From Phormidesmis sp. (GTDB lineage: Bacteria; Cyanobacteriota; Cyanobacteriia; Leptolyngbyales; Leptolyngbyaceae): DNA of 64,000 nt. This document shows positions 21,075 to 30,538 of the stretch, in pieces. Each line of letters starts with the position of its first letter. Position 1 is the first letter of the stretch. The position numbers were made by a program, and so were the translations under genes. Location of the stretch: positions 1,536,001 through 1,600,000 of the forward strand of contig CBDFJR010000002.1 of the NCBI GenBank assembly GCA_965248535.1, given 5' to 3'. The notes under the pieces are model-generated. The model did not search any database. It had not been told where the DNA came from and was given only the letters and a program-made list of their open reading frames with translations.

Positions 21075-21104
21075 CCGTTTTTTCGCTTACCTTCATAACT
21101 CAAC

Positions 21105-22196
21105 ATGCTAAGAGCCGGGATTGTTGGACTGCCCAACGTTGGAAAATCGACTTTATTTAATGCCCTGGTTGCCAATGCCAAGGCGACCGCTGCCAACTTT
21201 CCCTTTTGCACGATCGAGCCAAATGTGGGCATCGTTTCGGTGCCCGATGAGCGTCTCAAAGCCTTAGCCACGATCTCTAGCTCGATCGACATTTTGCCTG
21301 CGCGGGTCGAGTTTGTCGATATTGCTGGCTTGGTCAAGGGGGCTAGCAAGGGCGAAGGGTTGGGCAACCAGTTTTTAGCCAACATTCGCGAGGTCGATGC
21401 GATCGTGCATGTGGTGCGCTGCTTTGAAGACGATGATATTATTCACGTCTCTGGGGCGGTCGATCCCGTTAGCGATATCGAGGTGATTAATTTAGAACTG
21501 ATCCTGGCTGATCTCGGACAGATTGAAAAGCGCGTCGATCGGGCCCGCAAACAATCCCGCACTAGCAAAGAAGCGCAAGTCGAAGTAGGGGCACTAGAAA
21601 AACTGATCCCGGTGCTAAATGCGGGCCAACCTGCTCGTCAAGTCACGCTGACCGAAGAAGAAGAACTCTTGCTCAAACCTCTGGGGCTGCTGACTCGCAA
21701 GCCGATTATCTATGCTGCAAACGTCGCTGAAGACGATTTGGCGACGGGCAACGCCTTTGTTGAGCAGGTGCGAAAACTGGCCGAGCAGGAAAAAGCCCAG
21801 GTCGTGATCGTTTCGGCCCAGGTCGAAGCGGAGTTGGTCGAGCTTAGTGAAGACGATCGCTTAGATTTTCTAGCCGCTCTCGGCGTTCAAGAAGGCGGCT
21901 TAAAGTCTCTAATTCGCGCCACCTATGAGCTTCTAGGGTTGCGAACCTACTTCACCACGGGCCCCAAAGAAACTCGCGCTTGGACGATCCACGCCGGAAT
22001 GACGGCTCCTCAGGCGGCGGGTGTGATTCACACTGACTTTGAGCGGGGATTCATTCGCGCTGAAACCGTGGCCTATAAAGATCTGACCACCACCGGATCG
22101 ATGGGCGCTGCCAAAGAGAAAGGCTTGGTTCGCAGTGAGGGTAAGGAATATGTGGTTCAGGAAGGCGATGTGATGCTGTTCAGATTCAACGTCTAG
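21105..22196 (+). CDS. ychF: redox-regulated ATPase YchF
   Basis: [62 protein letters not shown]. Confidence 0.98.
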   Translation: MLRAGIVGLPNVGKSTLFNALVANAKATAANFPFCTIEPNVGIVSVPDERLKALATISSSIDILPARVEFVDIAGLVKGASKGEGLGNQFLANIREVDAIVHVVRCFEDDDIIHVSGAVDPVSDIEVINLELILADLGQIEKRVDRARKQSRTSKEAQVEVGALEKLIPVLNAGQPARQVTLTEEEELLLKPLGLLTRKPIIYAANVAEDDLATGNAFVEQVRKLAEQEKAQVVIVSAQVEAELVELSEDDRLDFLAALGVQEGGLKSLIRATYELLGLRTYFTTGPKETRAWTIHAGMTAPQAAGVIHTDFERGFIRAETVAYKDLTTTGSMGAAKEKGLVRSEGKEYVVQEGDVMLFRFNV

Positions 22197-22582
22197 GTTG
22201 ATAGCTGGGTGAGGCTAGTAATGGCAGAGACCAGGCGATCGCGCTCAAGGGGTCGGGCTAAAAACCTGCGGAAGCCCATTGCGATCGCTTGGTTAAAATC
22301 TAGATCTTTAATCGACCCACTCACTAAAATTGCGGGAGTAAGGCTCCAGCCGTGACTCATCTCTAGGTCTCTCAGCGATCGCATCTGGAGGCAGCGTTCA
22401 TCGTCTAGCACCTCAATGTCACAGATCAAAACGTCGGGCTGGCAGCGCGCAAACGCCTCTAGGCTCTCATTGACAGAACCCGCTACAACAATCTCTACTC
22501 CGTCTGCGTGCAGCATCTGATCGATGCGGGTAGTGATGAGATCGTCTGAGATCACCATCAGGTGTAGCGGGTTCATTGGCAA
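22193..22582 (-). CDS. stand-alone response-regulator receiver-domain protein (atypical)
   Basis: PDVLICDI, PAILVSG, AMGFRRFLARP (R in place of the conserved K). Confidence 0.75.
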   Translation of the reverse strand: MPMNPLHLMVISDDLITTRIDQMLHADGVEIVVAGSVNESLEAFARCQPDVLICDIEVLDDERCLQMRSLRDLEMSHGWSLTPAILVSGSIKDLDFNQAIAMGFRRFLARPLERDRLVSAITSLTQLST

Positions 22583-22639
22583 GTCTCTCGATTTTGTCGG
22601 GCGCGAGAATTGCTGCGTGATCTCAACTAGGCTCTGGGC

Positions 22640-22999
22640 CTAAACTGAGTCTGGGAGAGGCGTTTGACGAATTGAAGGGAGAGGGGCATCATCAGCGATC
22701 GCGTTTCTGACTCTAGCGTGGCTAATCTCTGCTTCTGCCAGGCTAGTGTTGCTCAAGTCGGCATTGAGCAAATTTGCTTTAGTTAAATTGGTTTGCGTTA
22801 AAACCGCCCCGGTTAAAATTGCGTCGCTTAGGTTGGCGTAGCTTAAGTTGGTGCGGGTCAGGTTGGCTTTGGTTAAGTTAGCACCGCTGAGGTTAACGCC
22901 GCTGAGATTGATGTTTCTCAGGTTTGCCGCCATCAAATTTAGGTTTCTGAAGTCTCTCTGCCCTGCCGCATATCGGCTCAAGAACTCTTTCGTATTCAT
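22640..22999 (-). CDS. pentapeptide repeat protein
   Basis: YAAGQRDF start followed by A(N/D)Lxx repeats. Confidence 0.92.
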   Translation of the reverse strand: MNTKEFLSRYAAGQRDFRNLNLMAANLRNINLSGVNLSGANLTKANLTRTNLSYANLSDAILTGAVLTQTNLTKANLLNADLSNTSLAEAEISHARVRNAIADDAPLPSIRQTPLPDSV

Positions 23000-23044
23000 G
23001 TTTTTTGAGGAATGTTAGGGACAGCAGATTTCAATCACGTTCTA

Positions 23045-23076
23045 ACAAAAAGGGCAGACATCTTGTTGTCTGCCCT
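23045..23076 (-). terminator. intrinsic terminator of rbp
   Basis: AGGGCAGACA-ACAAGA-TGTCTGCCCT followed by TTTTGT on the minus strand. Confidence 0.75.
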
Positions 23077-23106
23077 CAAGAGTTAAGAGCGAACGGCTCT
23101 TGTCAA

Positions 23107-23421
23107 TTAATAACGGCGAGAACCGCGATTTTGATTTGACCAGCCGCCGCCGCCACCGCCACCTGAAGAGCCTCTCTCTTCACGGGGCTTTGCTTTGTTG
23201 ACTTTGAGATCGCGACCCATCCATTCAGCACCATCAAGGGCCTCGATCGCAGCCGTCTCTTCTGCATCGGTTCCCATTTCGACAAAAGCAAACCCGCGTA
23301 AACGACCAGTTTCACGATCGGTTGGCAACTGAACGCGCTTAACGGAGCCATATTCTGCAAATGTCTGCGTTAAGTCATCCTGAGTGACTTCATAAGACAG
23401 GTTGCCCACGTAAATCGACAT
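23107..23421 (-). CDS. rbp: RRM RNA-binding protein with a Gly-rich tail (cyanobacterial Rbp)
   Basis: MSIYVGNLSY (RNP2), RGFAFVEM (RNP1), GGGG tail. Confidence 0.96.
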   Translation of the reverse strand: MSIYVGNLSYEVTQDDLTQTFAEYGSVKRVQLPTDRETGRLRGFAFVEMGTDAEETAAIEALDGAEWMGRDLKVNKAKPREERGSSGGGGGGGWSNQNRGSRRY

Positions 23422-23427
23422 AAAATA

Positions 23428-23466
23428 TCTCCAGAATCAGAAGTTGTAGAGAGTTAGATTCGGAGA
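23428..23466 (-). promoter_or_regulatory. rbp 5'-leader box (TCTCCGAA) complementary to the RBS region
   Basis: Minus-strand TCTCCGAA at 23459-23466 can pair with TTCTGGAGA just upstream of the ATG; resembles the box reported in cold-inducible Anabaena rbp leaders (from memory). Confidence 0.5.
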
Positions 23467-23674
23467 GACGCTTGTGAGAACGAATTACACAGCCGAAAAT
23501 AATCTTTGCTAGACTCAGCCTAACACACGACTTGGAGAACGTTCTGATGAATGGAACGTTCCGTAACATTTGCGTGGAGATTATTTTTAATGATTCGCTC
23601 ACGAAAAAGTGGTCTGCGATCAGACGCTTTTCTGACCACAAACCACGCTAGAAAATGATGATTTGGACGAGCGA

Positions 23675-23959
23675 CTAAACGGATGTTGCATTCACGTCAA
23701 CTGTCTCAGAGGCAACGGTTGGGTCTGCTGCAACGTCTTTGTTCTTTTGAGCTTTGACCCGATCGAGCAACATTCCCGACAGTTCTGCTACGAGCAGGGT
23801 GACGACGATGCCATCATCGATTTGCCCAATCAGGGGGATAAAATCAGGCAACAGGTCGATCGGGCTAATTAAGTAAAGCAGAGTGCCGACGATGATCACC
23901 CAGCGATATTTTGAGTTACGAATTAGATTGCGATACCAGTCGTAAAATGGAAGTTTCAT
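23675..23959 (-). CDS. YkvA/DUF1232 family membrane protein
   Basis: LLYLISPIDLLPDFIPLIGQIDD motif. Confidence 0.9.
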   Translation of the reverse strand: MKLPFYDWYRNLIRNSKYRWVIIVGTLLYLISPIDLLPDFIPLIGQIDDGIVVTLLVAELSGMLLDRVKAQKNKDVAADPTVASETVDVNATSV

Positions 23960-24067
23960 AGTGGTTTCCTTGCCTTCAGTTTTAATTGTGTTTGATTATG
24001 CCTTAGATGTCTGGTGTGGAAACCTATCCACAGAAGTGAGGCAGACCGTAAACGGTGAAAATCAGGC

Positions 24068-25255
24068 GTGATTTATTTAAAGTATTTGACGATCGCCCTG
24101 ACTTATTTGGGGTTGGCCCTAGGCTATCTGCCAGGGTTGCGAATGAATCGAGCCACGATCGCGCTGGTAGGTTCGGCGTTTGTGATTGCTTTAGGAATGC
24201 TCAGTCTTAACGACGCGTGGCAAGCGATCGATGCCACCACGATCGTATTCCTGTTCAGCATGATGATTGTGAATGCGAGTCTGTTGTATTCAGGGTTTTT
24301 TCGAGTCGCGTTGAGGATGCTGTTGAGGTTGACTCAAAGCCCGTTTGGGCTGTTGGTGGTGTTGACCTTTGGCAGTGGGGTGTTGTCGGCGATTTTTCTC
24401 AATGACACGATCGCGCTGATCTTTACGCCGCTCGTGTTGAATGTGTCGAAAACGCTGCGTCTCAACCCGATTCCCTATCTGCTGGCGCTGGCGAGTGCGA
24501 CCAATATTGGGTCGGTGGCGACGTTGAGTGGCAATCCCCAAAATATTCTCATCGGTTCATTTTCAGGGATTCATTATTTAGAGTTTGCAACGGCGCTGGC
24601 TCCGATCGCTTTCATCGGATTAGTGATGCAAATTGCATTGCTCTGGCTGCTCTATCCCGCTGTGCGATCAAATATTCCTCAAGAGCGATTTACATTGCCT
24701 GAAAGTCGCGTGTTTAAGCCGCTGTTTGTGAAGACGATCGTGATCACGATCGGGTTATTAACCGCATTCGTTTCAGGGTTGCCCTTAGCTGAATCTGCAT
24801 TCATCGCTGCGAGTCTGCTGCTGATCACGCGACGCATTAAGCCCGATCGCCTCTTGCAAGCCGTTGACTGGAATTTGCTCGTGATGTTTTCGGGATTGTT
24901 TATTCTTACGAAAGCGACTCAGCAGTTAAATTTGCTGGAGCCATTGACGAGAGCGATCGGGTCTTCTGCGGGGCTTCTCAGCGTCACGGCTCTGCTTTCT
25001 AACCTCGTCTCAAATGTGCCTGCGGTGCTGCTGCTCAAGCCGTTGATTGCCCATAGTGACACTCGATCTTGGCTGCTCTTGTCGGCCGGATCGACCCTAG
25101 CCGGAAATCTCACGATCTTTGGTTCCGTCGCCAATTTAATCACTGTTGAAGCGGCCGCCAAGCTGGGATATCGCCTCTCTTTTTGGGAACATTTGCGGTT
25201 CGGCTTGCCGATAACGGGGATGACTTTGGCGATCGCTTACGTCTGGATTCGATAA
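24068..25255 (+). CDS. ArsB/NhaD-type (IT superfamily) anion transporter
   Basis: About 11 TM helices; FLNDT, ATNIGSVATLSGNPQN, SNLVSNVP, STLAGNLTIFGSVAN. Confidence 0.9.
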   Translation: MIYLKYLTIALTYLGLALGYLPGLRMNRATIALVGSAFVIALGMLSLNDAWQAIDATTIVFLFSMMIVNASLLYSGFFRVALRMLLRLTQSPFGLLVVLTFGSGVLSAIFLNDTIALIFTPLVLNVSKTLRLNPIPYLLALASATNIGSVATLSGNPQNILIGSFSGIHYLEFATALAPIAFIGLVMQIALLWLLYPAVRSNIPQERFTLPESRVFKPLFVKTIVITIGLLTAFVSGLPLAESAFIAASLLLITRRIKPDRLLQAVDWNLLVMFSGLFILTKATQQLNLLEPLTRAIGSSAGLLSVTALLSNLVSNVPAVLLLKPLIAHSDTRSWLLLSAGSTLAGNLTIFGSVANLITVEAAAKLGYRLSFWEHLRFGLPITGMTLAIAYVWIR

Positions 25256-25366
25256 AAGCTGAACGACTTTGGAATCTTTGTCCCAATTCAGTATCCTAAA
25301 GAGAGCATTTGCAAGTGATGCAGTTCATTTCAGTCCACTGACTAACGATCGCTTTATGAATCAGAC

Positions 25367-25415
25367 TGACCTCTGACCTCGAAAGTTTGACCTCTGACCT
25401 CGAAATTTCGACATT
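25367..25415 (+). repeat. heptamer tandem repeat (TGACCTC-type, 21-bp higher-order unit)
   Basis: TGACCTC TGACCTC GAAAGTT TGACCTC TGACCTC GAAATTT CGACATT. Confidence 0.7.
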
Positions 25416-25567
25416 TGAGGGGAAGTTGTTGAAGATGAGTTAAGAAAAGCGGGGTTGGCAAAAGCACACGTCATAGTTTAGGCAGCATTATTTGTGTTTG
25501 TAAAATCATGCTCTGGGCTTGTTGACGATCGTACCCCTGTGCTTGCCCCTTGTTTGCCTCTTTAACT

Positions 25568-28456
25568 ATGGTTCGCCCCCAACGTTTGCAGAAACAGCCC
25601 GCTTTTTACCGCTTGGTATTTGTGGTTTGTTTGACGATCGGGCTATTGGTTGCCTCTCCCTGGGTCAGCGCAAAAGAGAGCCAGCAGCCAAAGCCGCAAG
25701 AGTGGCAAATAAACGGTATCTTGGCGGCTTTAGATGATGGTTATCCGGGTGTCAAGCAGGCAGCTTTTGGAAAATTAGCTGAATACGATGCAAAAGATTT
25801 AGCAGCGTTTCCTAAGCAGTCGGAGGAGATGGTAAAGAAAGCGATCGGTCTTGTCAACGACAGCAAGGCAGAGTCTTATCTTCGCATCAACGCGGCTGGG
25901 GCATTGGGAAGGCTAGGCAAAGCCGATGCGAGTGTGGTGAAATCTCTGACCAACTTAGTCAACGATAGCAAGGCAGAGTCTTATCTTCGCATCCATGCGG
26001 CTAGGGCATTGGGAAAGCTAGGCAAAGCCGATGCGAATGTGGTGAAATTCCTGACCAACTTACTCAACGATAGCAAAGCAGACTCCAGTCTTCGCATCAA
26101 CGCGGCTGATGTATTGGGAGCTTCGGGCAAAGCCGATGTGAATGGGGTGAAATTCCTGACCAACTTAGTCAACGACAGCAAGGCAGAGTCTTATCTTCGC
26201 ATCAACGCGGCTGGGGCATTGGGAAGGCTAGGCAAAGCCGATGCGAGTGTGGTGAAATTCCTGACCAACTTAATCAACGATGGCAAAGCAGACTCCAATC
26301 TCCGCATGCAGGCAGCGGAGGCATTGGTAACTTTGAGCAAAGCCGATGTGAATGTGGTGAAATTCCTGACCAACTTAGTCAACGACAGCAAAGCAGACTT
26401 CAGTCTCCGCATCAATGCGGCTTATGCCTTAGGAAAGCTAGGCAAAGCCGATGCGAGTGTGGTGAAATTCCTGACCAACTTAATCAACGACAGCAGGGCA
26501 ACGTCCTATGCCCGCGTCATAGCGGCTGATGCACTGGGAAATCTGGGCAAAGCCGATGCGAGTGTGATGGAGTTTCTGACCAACTTAATCAATGACAGTA
26601 AGGCAGACTTTGATAGCCGCGTCAAAGCGGCTTATGCATTGGGAAATCTCAAACGGCTCAATTTGGCTGAAGTATTTGTTCTCATCAATCTCATCTACGC
26701 TGCTGATTCTAATCATCTTGTTGAGCCGCGTTTCGCTGTCTACTTCTACAGTGGAGGCGACAGCAGCATAAAAACCTTGATCAAGTGGATTGGTCGCCCC
26801 GACTCTAAAAGCATTCCAACTCACCTCACTCACGTCGAAGCCAAAGCAACTTTAGAAGTCTTCAGAGACGTATGGGAACCCAGTAAGAGCTTTAGCAGCA
26901 TTCGTGGTGACTTAGCCAAAGCGATCGCCGATGTCGCCAAAATGGGTAAATGGGAAACTAGTGACATTGCTCTTCTCACCACCCACGCTCAAAACCTTAG
27001 TGCTATCCACTCCAACAGCGCCGATTCTGTTACTAAAGCCATTGAATCTCTCACGGTTTGGCAATGGTTCAACAAAGCCAGAAACGTTATTGCCACGCAT
27101 ATTGCCTTTTGGCTTGCCCTAATCTTCGCCTATCCCAAATTTCCCCAAGTTCAGGCAATCTTCTTCTGGAATCCTTGGGTGCGGCGCATTCTGGGCGTGG
27201 GCTACGTCGGCTTTCTGCTCACCTGGGTTCCCTTCCTGCGCCGCAAACTCTTTGAACCCTTCAAATTTTCATTGCTGGCAGATTCGGGAGTCGATCGCTT
27301 CAACCCCGCCGCCTACTTTCCCCAATCCGACGTGAAAACACTGGATGCAAAAGAAGGGGTTGCGATCTCCACCGCCATTCCTGCGATCAAAAGTCAAATC
27401 GTCCTCGAAGGCGACTCCGGCTTAGGCAAATCGATGTTCTTGCGTCACCTCGTCAAACACTCCCCGCGCACCGTCGTCTTTTTGCCCGCCCGCAAATGTG
27501 AGCAAGGCGTAATCGAAGCCATCCAAACCAAACTGCACGGACAGGCCCAAGATGCCGAATTCCTCAAAAATCTGATTTACAGTGGCGCGATCGACCTCTG
27601 CATCGATGGACTCAACGAAGTCACCGCCGACACCCGCGCCAAAATCACCCAATTTGTCGAAAGCTACTTCAAAGGCAACATCATCATGACCACTCAACCC
27701 CTAGAGTGGCTGCCGCCTTCGACTGCCAAAATCTATCAACTGCAACCGCTCCGCAGCGATCAGATTCAAGACTTCTTGCTGTCGAGAGGCGCGATCGTGG
27801 CTCCTGACTTGGCAGACAAATATACTCACGCCTGCTGCACCTATCTCGCTGAAGTTTTGAACAATCAACAACTGCCCGAAGAACTCGCGGCCATTCAGCG
27901 CACCCTCTCCAACCCGATGGATCTCACCGTCGTCGCGCAAATGATTGCCTTGGGTAAACAGCCCAACCTACTGCGACTGCAAGAGCAGCAATACAACCTG
28001 ATGGCGGCAGAATACCAAAAAGCGTGGAATCAAGACTTCCCCCTCAAAAAATTCTCTGAAGCCGTCTATCAACTCCGCCTCAACGACGAAAAAGCTTTAC
28101 CTGCCACCGAGTTTTATCAAGAACTGGTCAGCATGGAAGACGAAAAATACAAAATGGTCGTCAGTCGCCAATGGAAAGATGGCAAGGGCGAAGCCCAACA
28201 CGAATGGTATTTTCGCCACGACAAAATCATGGAATTCTTCATCGTGCAAACCTTCCTCGGTGACGCACCCCAAGCTCAAAATCGCCTCCTCGATCACATG
28301 GGCGATCCTCGCTTTCGCGGAGTCTATTTCCTGCTCGCCACCCTGCTGCCCTTCAACGATGCCAAAGACCTGCGTGAACGGCTGATCCAATACGCCGCCG
28401 ACACCAAAGATCACACCGTCAGCGACACCTTTGTTCAACTGTTGCGAACCCGATAG
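25568..28456 (+). CDS. signal peptide, HEAT (PBS-lyase-like) repeats, TM segments and NACHT-like P-loop NTPase
   Basis: N-terminal hydrophobic signal; about 7.6 repeats of 35 aa; TM segment HIAFWLALIFAY…GFLLTWVPF; Walker A GDSGLGKS; Walker B LCIDGLNE; NPMDL; WYFRHDKIMEFF. Confidence 0.85.
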   Translation: MVRPQRLQKQPAFYRLVFVVCLTIGLLVASPWVSAKESQQPKPQEWQINGILAALDDGYPGVKQAAFGKLAEYDAKDLAAFPKQSEEMVKKAIGLVNDSKAESYLRINAAGALGRLGKADASVVKSLTNLVNDSKAESYLRIHAARALGKLGKADANVVKFLTNLLNDSKADSSLRINAADVLGASGKADVNGVKFLTNLVNDSKAESYLRINAAGALGRLGKADASVVKFLTNLINDGKADSNLRMQAAEALVTLSKADVNVVKFLTNLVNDSKADFSLRINAAYALGKLGKADASVVKFLTNLINDSRATSYARVIAADALGNLGKADASVMEFLTNLINDSKADFDSRVKAAYALGNLKRLNLAEVFVLINLIYAADSNHLVEPRFAVYFYSGGDSSIKTLIKWIGRPDSKSIPTHLTHVEAKATLEVFRDVWEPSKSFSSIRGDLAKAIADVAKMGKWETSDIALLTTHAQNLSAIHSNSADSVTKAIESLTVWQWFNKARNVIATHIAFWLALIFAYPKFPQVQAIFFWNPWVRRILGVGYVGFLLTWVPFLRRKLFEPFKFSLLADSGVDRFNPAAYFPQSDVKTLDAKEGVAISTAIPAIKSQIVLEGDSGLGKSMFLRHLVKHSPRTVVFLPARKCEQGVIEAIQTKLHGQAQDAEFLKNLIYSGAIDLCIDGLNEVTADTRAKITQFVESYFKGNIIMTTQPLEWLPPSTAKIYQLQPLRSDQIQDFLLSRGAIVAPDLADKYTHACCTYLAEVLNNQQLPEELAAIQRTLSNPMDLTVVAQMIALGKQPNLLRLQEQQYNLMAAEYQKAWNQDFPLKKFSEAVYQLRLNDEKALPATEFYQELVSMEDEKYKMVVSRQWKDGKGEAQHEWYFRHDKIMEFFIVQTFLGDAPQAQNRLLDHMGDPRFRGVYFLLATLLPFNDAKDLRERLIQYAADTKDHTVSDTFVQLLRTR
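25853..26650 (+). repeat. intragenic 105-bp tandem repeat (about 7.6 copies)
   Basis: Units start at 25853, 25958, 26063, 26168, 26273, 26378, 26483 and 26588; GGCAAAGCCGATGCGAGTGTGGTGAAATTCCTGACCAACTTA recurs nearly unchanged. Confidence 0.95.
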
Positions 28457-28474
28457 CTAGAAAACGTCGGGTTT

Positions 28475-28735
28475 CTAAAGATCGTGGATTAGATAATGTC
28501 GGTTACTTGCAGAGATGATGGGCACGGCAATGCTATGCCCTTACGCAGACTAAAGATCGTGGATTAAATCATATCGGTTACTTGCAGAGATAATGGGCAC
28601 GGCAATGCCATGCCCTTACGCAGACTTCTGCTTGGATTTACTAAAGATCGTGGATTAAATCATATCGGTTACTTGCAGAGATAATGGGCACAGCAATGCC
28701 ATGCCCTTACGCAGACTTCTGCTTGATTTGATTTA
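28475..28735 (-). repeat. three tandem 75-bp units, each containing the 68-bp REP-like element
   Basis: Units start at 28475, 28550 and 28641, each CTAAAGATCGTGGATTA…GGGCAC(G/A)GCAATGC(C/T)ATGCCCTTACGCAGA. Confidence 0.92.
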
Positions 28736-28830
28736 CGTCAAAAGTTGAATGGTGGCATCTTTGCCCTAATTCGGTATCCTGAAGAGAGTGCAAGTTTACG
28801 TAACTTAATACCTGCAATCTTCCCGAATTT

Positions 28831-29700
28831 ATGAAATGTATTATCGATCGCCGGGCCAAATTCTCAGCGAGTCATCGCTATTGGCTCCCCGCCCTCAGCG
28901 AAGCCGAAAACCTGGAGCGGTTTGGTGCCTGCGCCCGTCCGATGGGACATGGACACAACTACGTCCTCTACGTCTCAATGCTGGGTGACTTAGACGACTA
29001 TGGCATGGTGCTTAACCTCTCAGATGTCAAGCACGTTATTAAGAACGAAATCACCAGCCAGCTTGATTTTTCGTTTCTCAACGAGGCGTGGGCAGACTTT
29101 CAGCAGACCCTGCCGACGACCGAAAATATTGCACGGGTGATTTGGCAACGGCTCGAATCTCACTTGCCGATCGTCAACATTCGCCTCTATGAACACCCCG
29201 AACTCTGGGCCGATTATCAAGGAAACCACATGGAAGCTTTTCTCACCGTCAGTACACATTTCAGCGCCGCTCACCGCCTTGCCCGCCCTGATCTCAGCTT
29301 TGAAAAGAACTGTGAAATCTACGGCAAGTGTGCGCGCCCCAATGGTCACGGTCACAACTACCATCTAGAAGTGACGATCAAAGGTGAAATCGATCCGCAA
29401 ACGGGAATGTTAGCGGATCTAGTAGCATTTGAGAACGCGATCGCTGATCACGTCACTGAACCGTTTGATCACACGTTTTTGAATAAAGATATTCCCTATT
29501 TTGAACAAGTTGTGCCCACCGCAGAAAATATTGCCGTGCACATTCGCGATTTGCTAGAGCAACCGATTCACAACATTGGCGCACAGCTTTATAAAGTCAA
29601 ACTGATCGAGAGTCCCAATAACTCTTGCGAAGTTTACGGGGCGGGCGTGTCAGACGCGATCGCCATGATGATGCGCGAACCCAAACTAGCGATCGCCTGA
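28831..29700 (+). CDS. queD: tandem-domain 6-carboxytetrahydropterin/6-pyruvoyltetrahydropterin synthase
   Basis: Two PTPS domains, each with FSA(S/A)HR, C-x4-GHGHNY and PT(T/A)ENIA. Confidence 0.88.
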   Translation: MKCIIDRRAKFSASHRYWLPALSEAENLERFGACARPMGHGHNYVLYVSMLGDLDDYGMVLNLSDVKHVIKNEITSQLDFSFLNEAWADFQQTLPTTENIARVIWQRLESHLPIVNIRLYEHPELWADYQGNHMEAFLTVSTHFSAAHRLARPDLSFEKNCEIYGKCARPNGHGHNYHLEVTIKGEIDPQTGMLADLVAFENAIADHVTEPFDHTFLNKDIPYFEQVVPTAENIAVHIRDLLEQPIHNIGAQLYKVKLIESPNNSCEVYGAGVSDAIAMMMREPKLAIA

Positions 29701-29708
29701 CCCTCTCA

Positions 29709-30422
29709 TCAAGGGTTGTGCTGGGAATTTTGAGGCGTGAACTTGAGGGTGAAGTCTTTTTCAAACGATCGGCGCGTCATCGGCTGGTCTAGCATCAAGC
29801 CTTCACCCCCTAGGGTTTCTAGGGGCTTTCCGCCTACCGAAAGAAAGACAGGCGCACTTGGATCGGTGCTCGTTGCCGTGTAAAGAACCTGCCCGACCCG
29901 CCCCATCATGGAGGTGCTGCCGCCGCCCGTGGTGAAGGCTGATGACAAATCGACGTGAATGCCGTCAGTCCTGATTTTGAAACTCCTCACCTGAGTGCCT
30001 TGAGGAATCGTCGTCGTCAGCGTTGTTTCGTCAGGAGCACTGGTTAGCAGAGTCTCGATCGCGGTACTTAAAGTAGTTTCTGAGCGATCGTCGGATTTGA
30101 CAGACTTCAGTTTGACCGGAACGCCAACCAACTCACCCGATCCCTTCAGCCAATAGACTTGAGCCGTTTTTTCCACAGCAGGCGCAGCTTTAGGCACAGC
30201 AGGTCTAATCTGCTGCGTTGCGGCAACCGGAGGCGGAATAACAGGCGATGGCAAGGGTTGCGGCTCGATCTTGGCGATCTCAGGGGCACGTTCTATGGGC
30301 TTGGGCTTTGTGGCGGCGTGCCAGGCGATAAACGCAGTAGCGCTTCCTGCCGTCACCGTCAGCGCCGACAATCCTGCAATCAGCCCGATGGGAATGCGGC
30401 GAGTTTTGGGTTGGTCTTGCAT
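29709..30422 (-). CDS. GerMN domain protein
   Basis: N-terminal TM and Pro linker; TTIPQGT…VDLSSAFTTGGGSTSMMGRVGQVLYTAT. Confidence 0.88.
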   Translation of the reverse strand: MQDQPKTRRIPIGLIAGLSALTVTAGSATAFIAWHAATKPKPIERAPEIAKIEPQPLPSPVIPPPVAATQQIRPAVPKAAPAVEKTAQVYWLKGSGELVGVPVKLKSVKSDDRSETTLSTAIETLLTSAPDETTLTTTIPQGTQVRSFKIRTDGIHVDLSSAFTTGGGSTSMMGRVGQVLYTATSTDPSAPVFLSVGGKPLETLGGEGLMLDQPMTRRSFEKDFTLKFTPQNSQHNP

Positions 30423-30538
30423 TGAAAAACCCCTCCTAATGTTGGATCTCAGACGTTAGACAATCAATCTCTGGAGGATGCAGCCTGGATGACTACAACG
30501 ACTTTGGATCGGATTTCGGAATTGAGATTAAAAATCTG

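Noticed and set aside
25853..26650. Diversity-generating retroelement target
   Set aside because: No reverse transcriptase or separate template repeat in the window; differences are not adenine-specific; tandem recombination is sufficient to explain them
28475..28735. CRISPR array
   Set aside because: Units are 75 bp and near-identical over their whole length, with no unique spacers and no cas genes in the window
28831..29700. Tandem-domain PTPS as a novelty
   Set aside because: To my knowledge double-domain PTPS/QueD proteins are common in cyanobacteria
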